From Psychrobacter sp. (GTDB lineage: Bacteria; Pseudomonadota; Gammaproteobacteria; Pseudomonadales; Moraxellaceae), in contig JAGLBE010000010.1 of the NCBI GenBank assembly GCA_018260445.1, positions 40,607 through 104,606 of the forward strand: a DNA stretch of 64,000 nucleotides, written 5' to 3'. The position numbers and the translations under genes are program-made. Under the pieces are notes generated by a model. It ran no database searches. It had not been told where the DNA came from and saw only the letters and a list, made by a program, of their open reading frames with translations. Position 1 is the first letter of the stretch, and each line of letters starts with the position of its first letter. Below, piece after piece: positions 63,701 through 64,000 of this stretch.

Positions 63701-64000
63701 CTACTTAATTAAGGTCACATTACGGGTTCTTTGTGGCTGCACCGGGCGGTTATTGCCGTTATACAATGAGGTTAAGGTGACTAACTCGGCTTGGGATACC
63801 GCTAATGGGCGACTAGCGACATACCATTGCACTTTTTCGGAGCATGGCGGCGTGGTTAAAGAGCCGGCATAATGATAAAAGCTGCTATCAGATGGTATGA
63901 GTTTTGCAATATCTATAGTAGGAGCATTTATTGCAGTAGGATTGCCATGACTAGCAGCAACACTACTATCAGCAAGGCCCTGTAAAGCAGGGAGTGCCGC
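63701..64000 (-). CDS. Alpha-class carbonic anhydrase, C-terminal part (5' end beyond the window)
   Basis: Own translation of the minus strand: ...SFYHYAGSLTTPPCSEKVQWYVASRPLAVSQAELVTLTSLYNGNNRPVQPQRTRNVTLIK-stop. It contains the alpha-CA signature GSLTTPPC.E.V.W and NNRP.QP. It is not in the ORF track because it is open at the window edge. Confidence 0.8.
   Translation of the reverse strand, partial: AALPALQGLADSSVAASHGNPTAINAPTIDIAKLIPSDSSFYHYAGSLTTPPCSEKVQWYVASRPLAVSQAELVTLTSLYNGNNRPVQPQRTRNVTLIK

Overview
This is a chromosomal, mostly housekeeping segment. Gene content and order point to a Moraxellaceae-type gammaproteobacterium: a fused tyrA-aroA inside a pheA-hisC-tyrA/aroA aromatic cluster, lipA-lif, pilS-pilR and tusDCBE. 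That assignment is an inference from family knowledge, not a database hit.

I can support about 50 protein genes: apt, tal, pheA, hisC, tyrA/aroA, rarD, folB, a folK-like gene, an esterase, a lipase with its foldase, ppa, trmL, tusE/B/C/D, a GT4 glycosyltransferase with a PAP2 phosphatase, glnE, ilvE, GST, an oxidoreductase, a HAD hydrolase, aminotransferases, a thioesterase, Fe-ADH, a 1-Cys peroxiredoxin, two META-domain lipoproteins, ruvC, fxsA, gpmI, an S41 peptidase, pilR, pilS, a gacA-like regulator, pbpG, thiE, pgk, ruvA, argD, yacG, a DUF123 nuclease-like gene, an ABC1 kinase, purD, a DUF2905 gene, and two edge-truncated genes. There are also two tRNAs (Ser-UGA, Asn-GUU) and one small entericidin-type lipoprotein gene that is missing from the ORF track.

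I found no CRISPR array, prophage, integron or recognisable multi-gene defence or toxin system.

The unusual content is non-genic and architectural:
1. A REP-associated tyrosine transposase (RAYT) with GTAG-type REP hairpins is inserted in the aromatic operon, bracketed by a 61-bp perfect duplication. More REP copies are dispersed in the window.
2. Two copies of a roughly 140-bp Correia-like palindromic MITE lie upstream of tal and argD.
3. A roughly 270-bp element with 22-bp terminal inverted repeats sits next to tRNA-Ser.
4. Unrelated short tandem-repeat arrays (7-16 bp units, 3-9 copies) occur in almost every intergenic region. Several lie in frame inside conserved proteins (TusD, PilS, FolK-like, GT4, RarD, ThiE).
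5. A GC-rich, strongly structured non-coding segment next to a REP pair ends at a terminator and may be an sRNA.

All coordinates and translations are hand-derived. Several ORF-track starts were moved to internal start codons where the N-terminal extension ran through repeats or a neighbouring gene.
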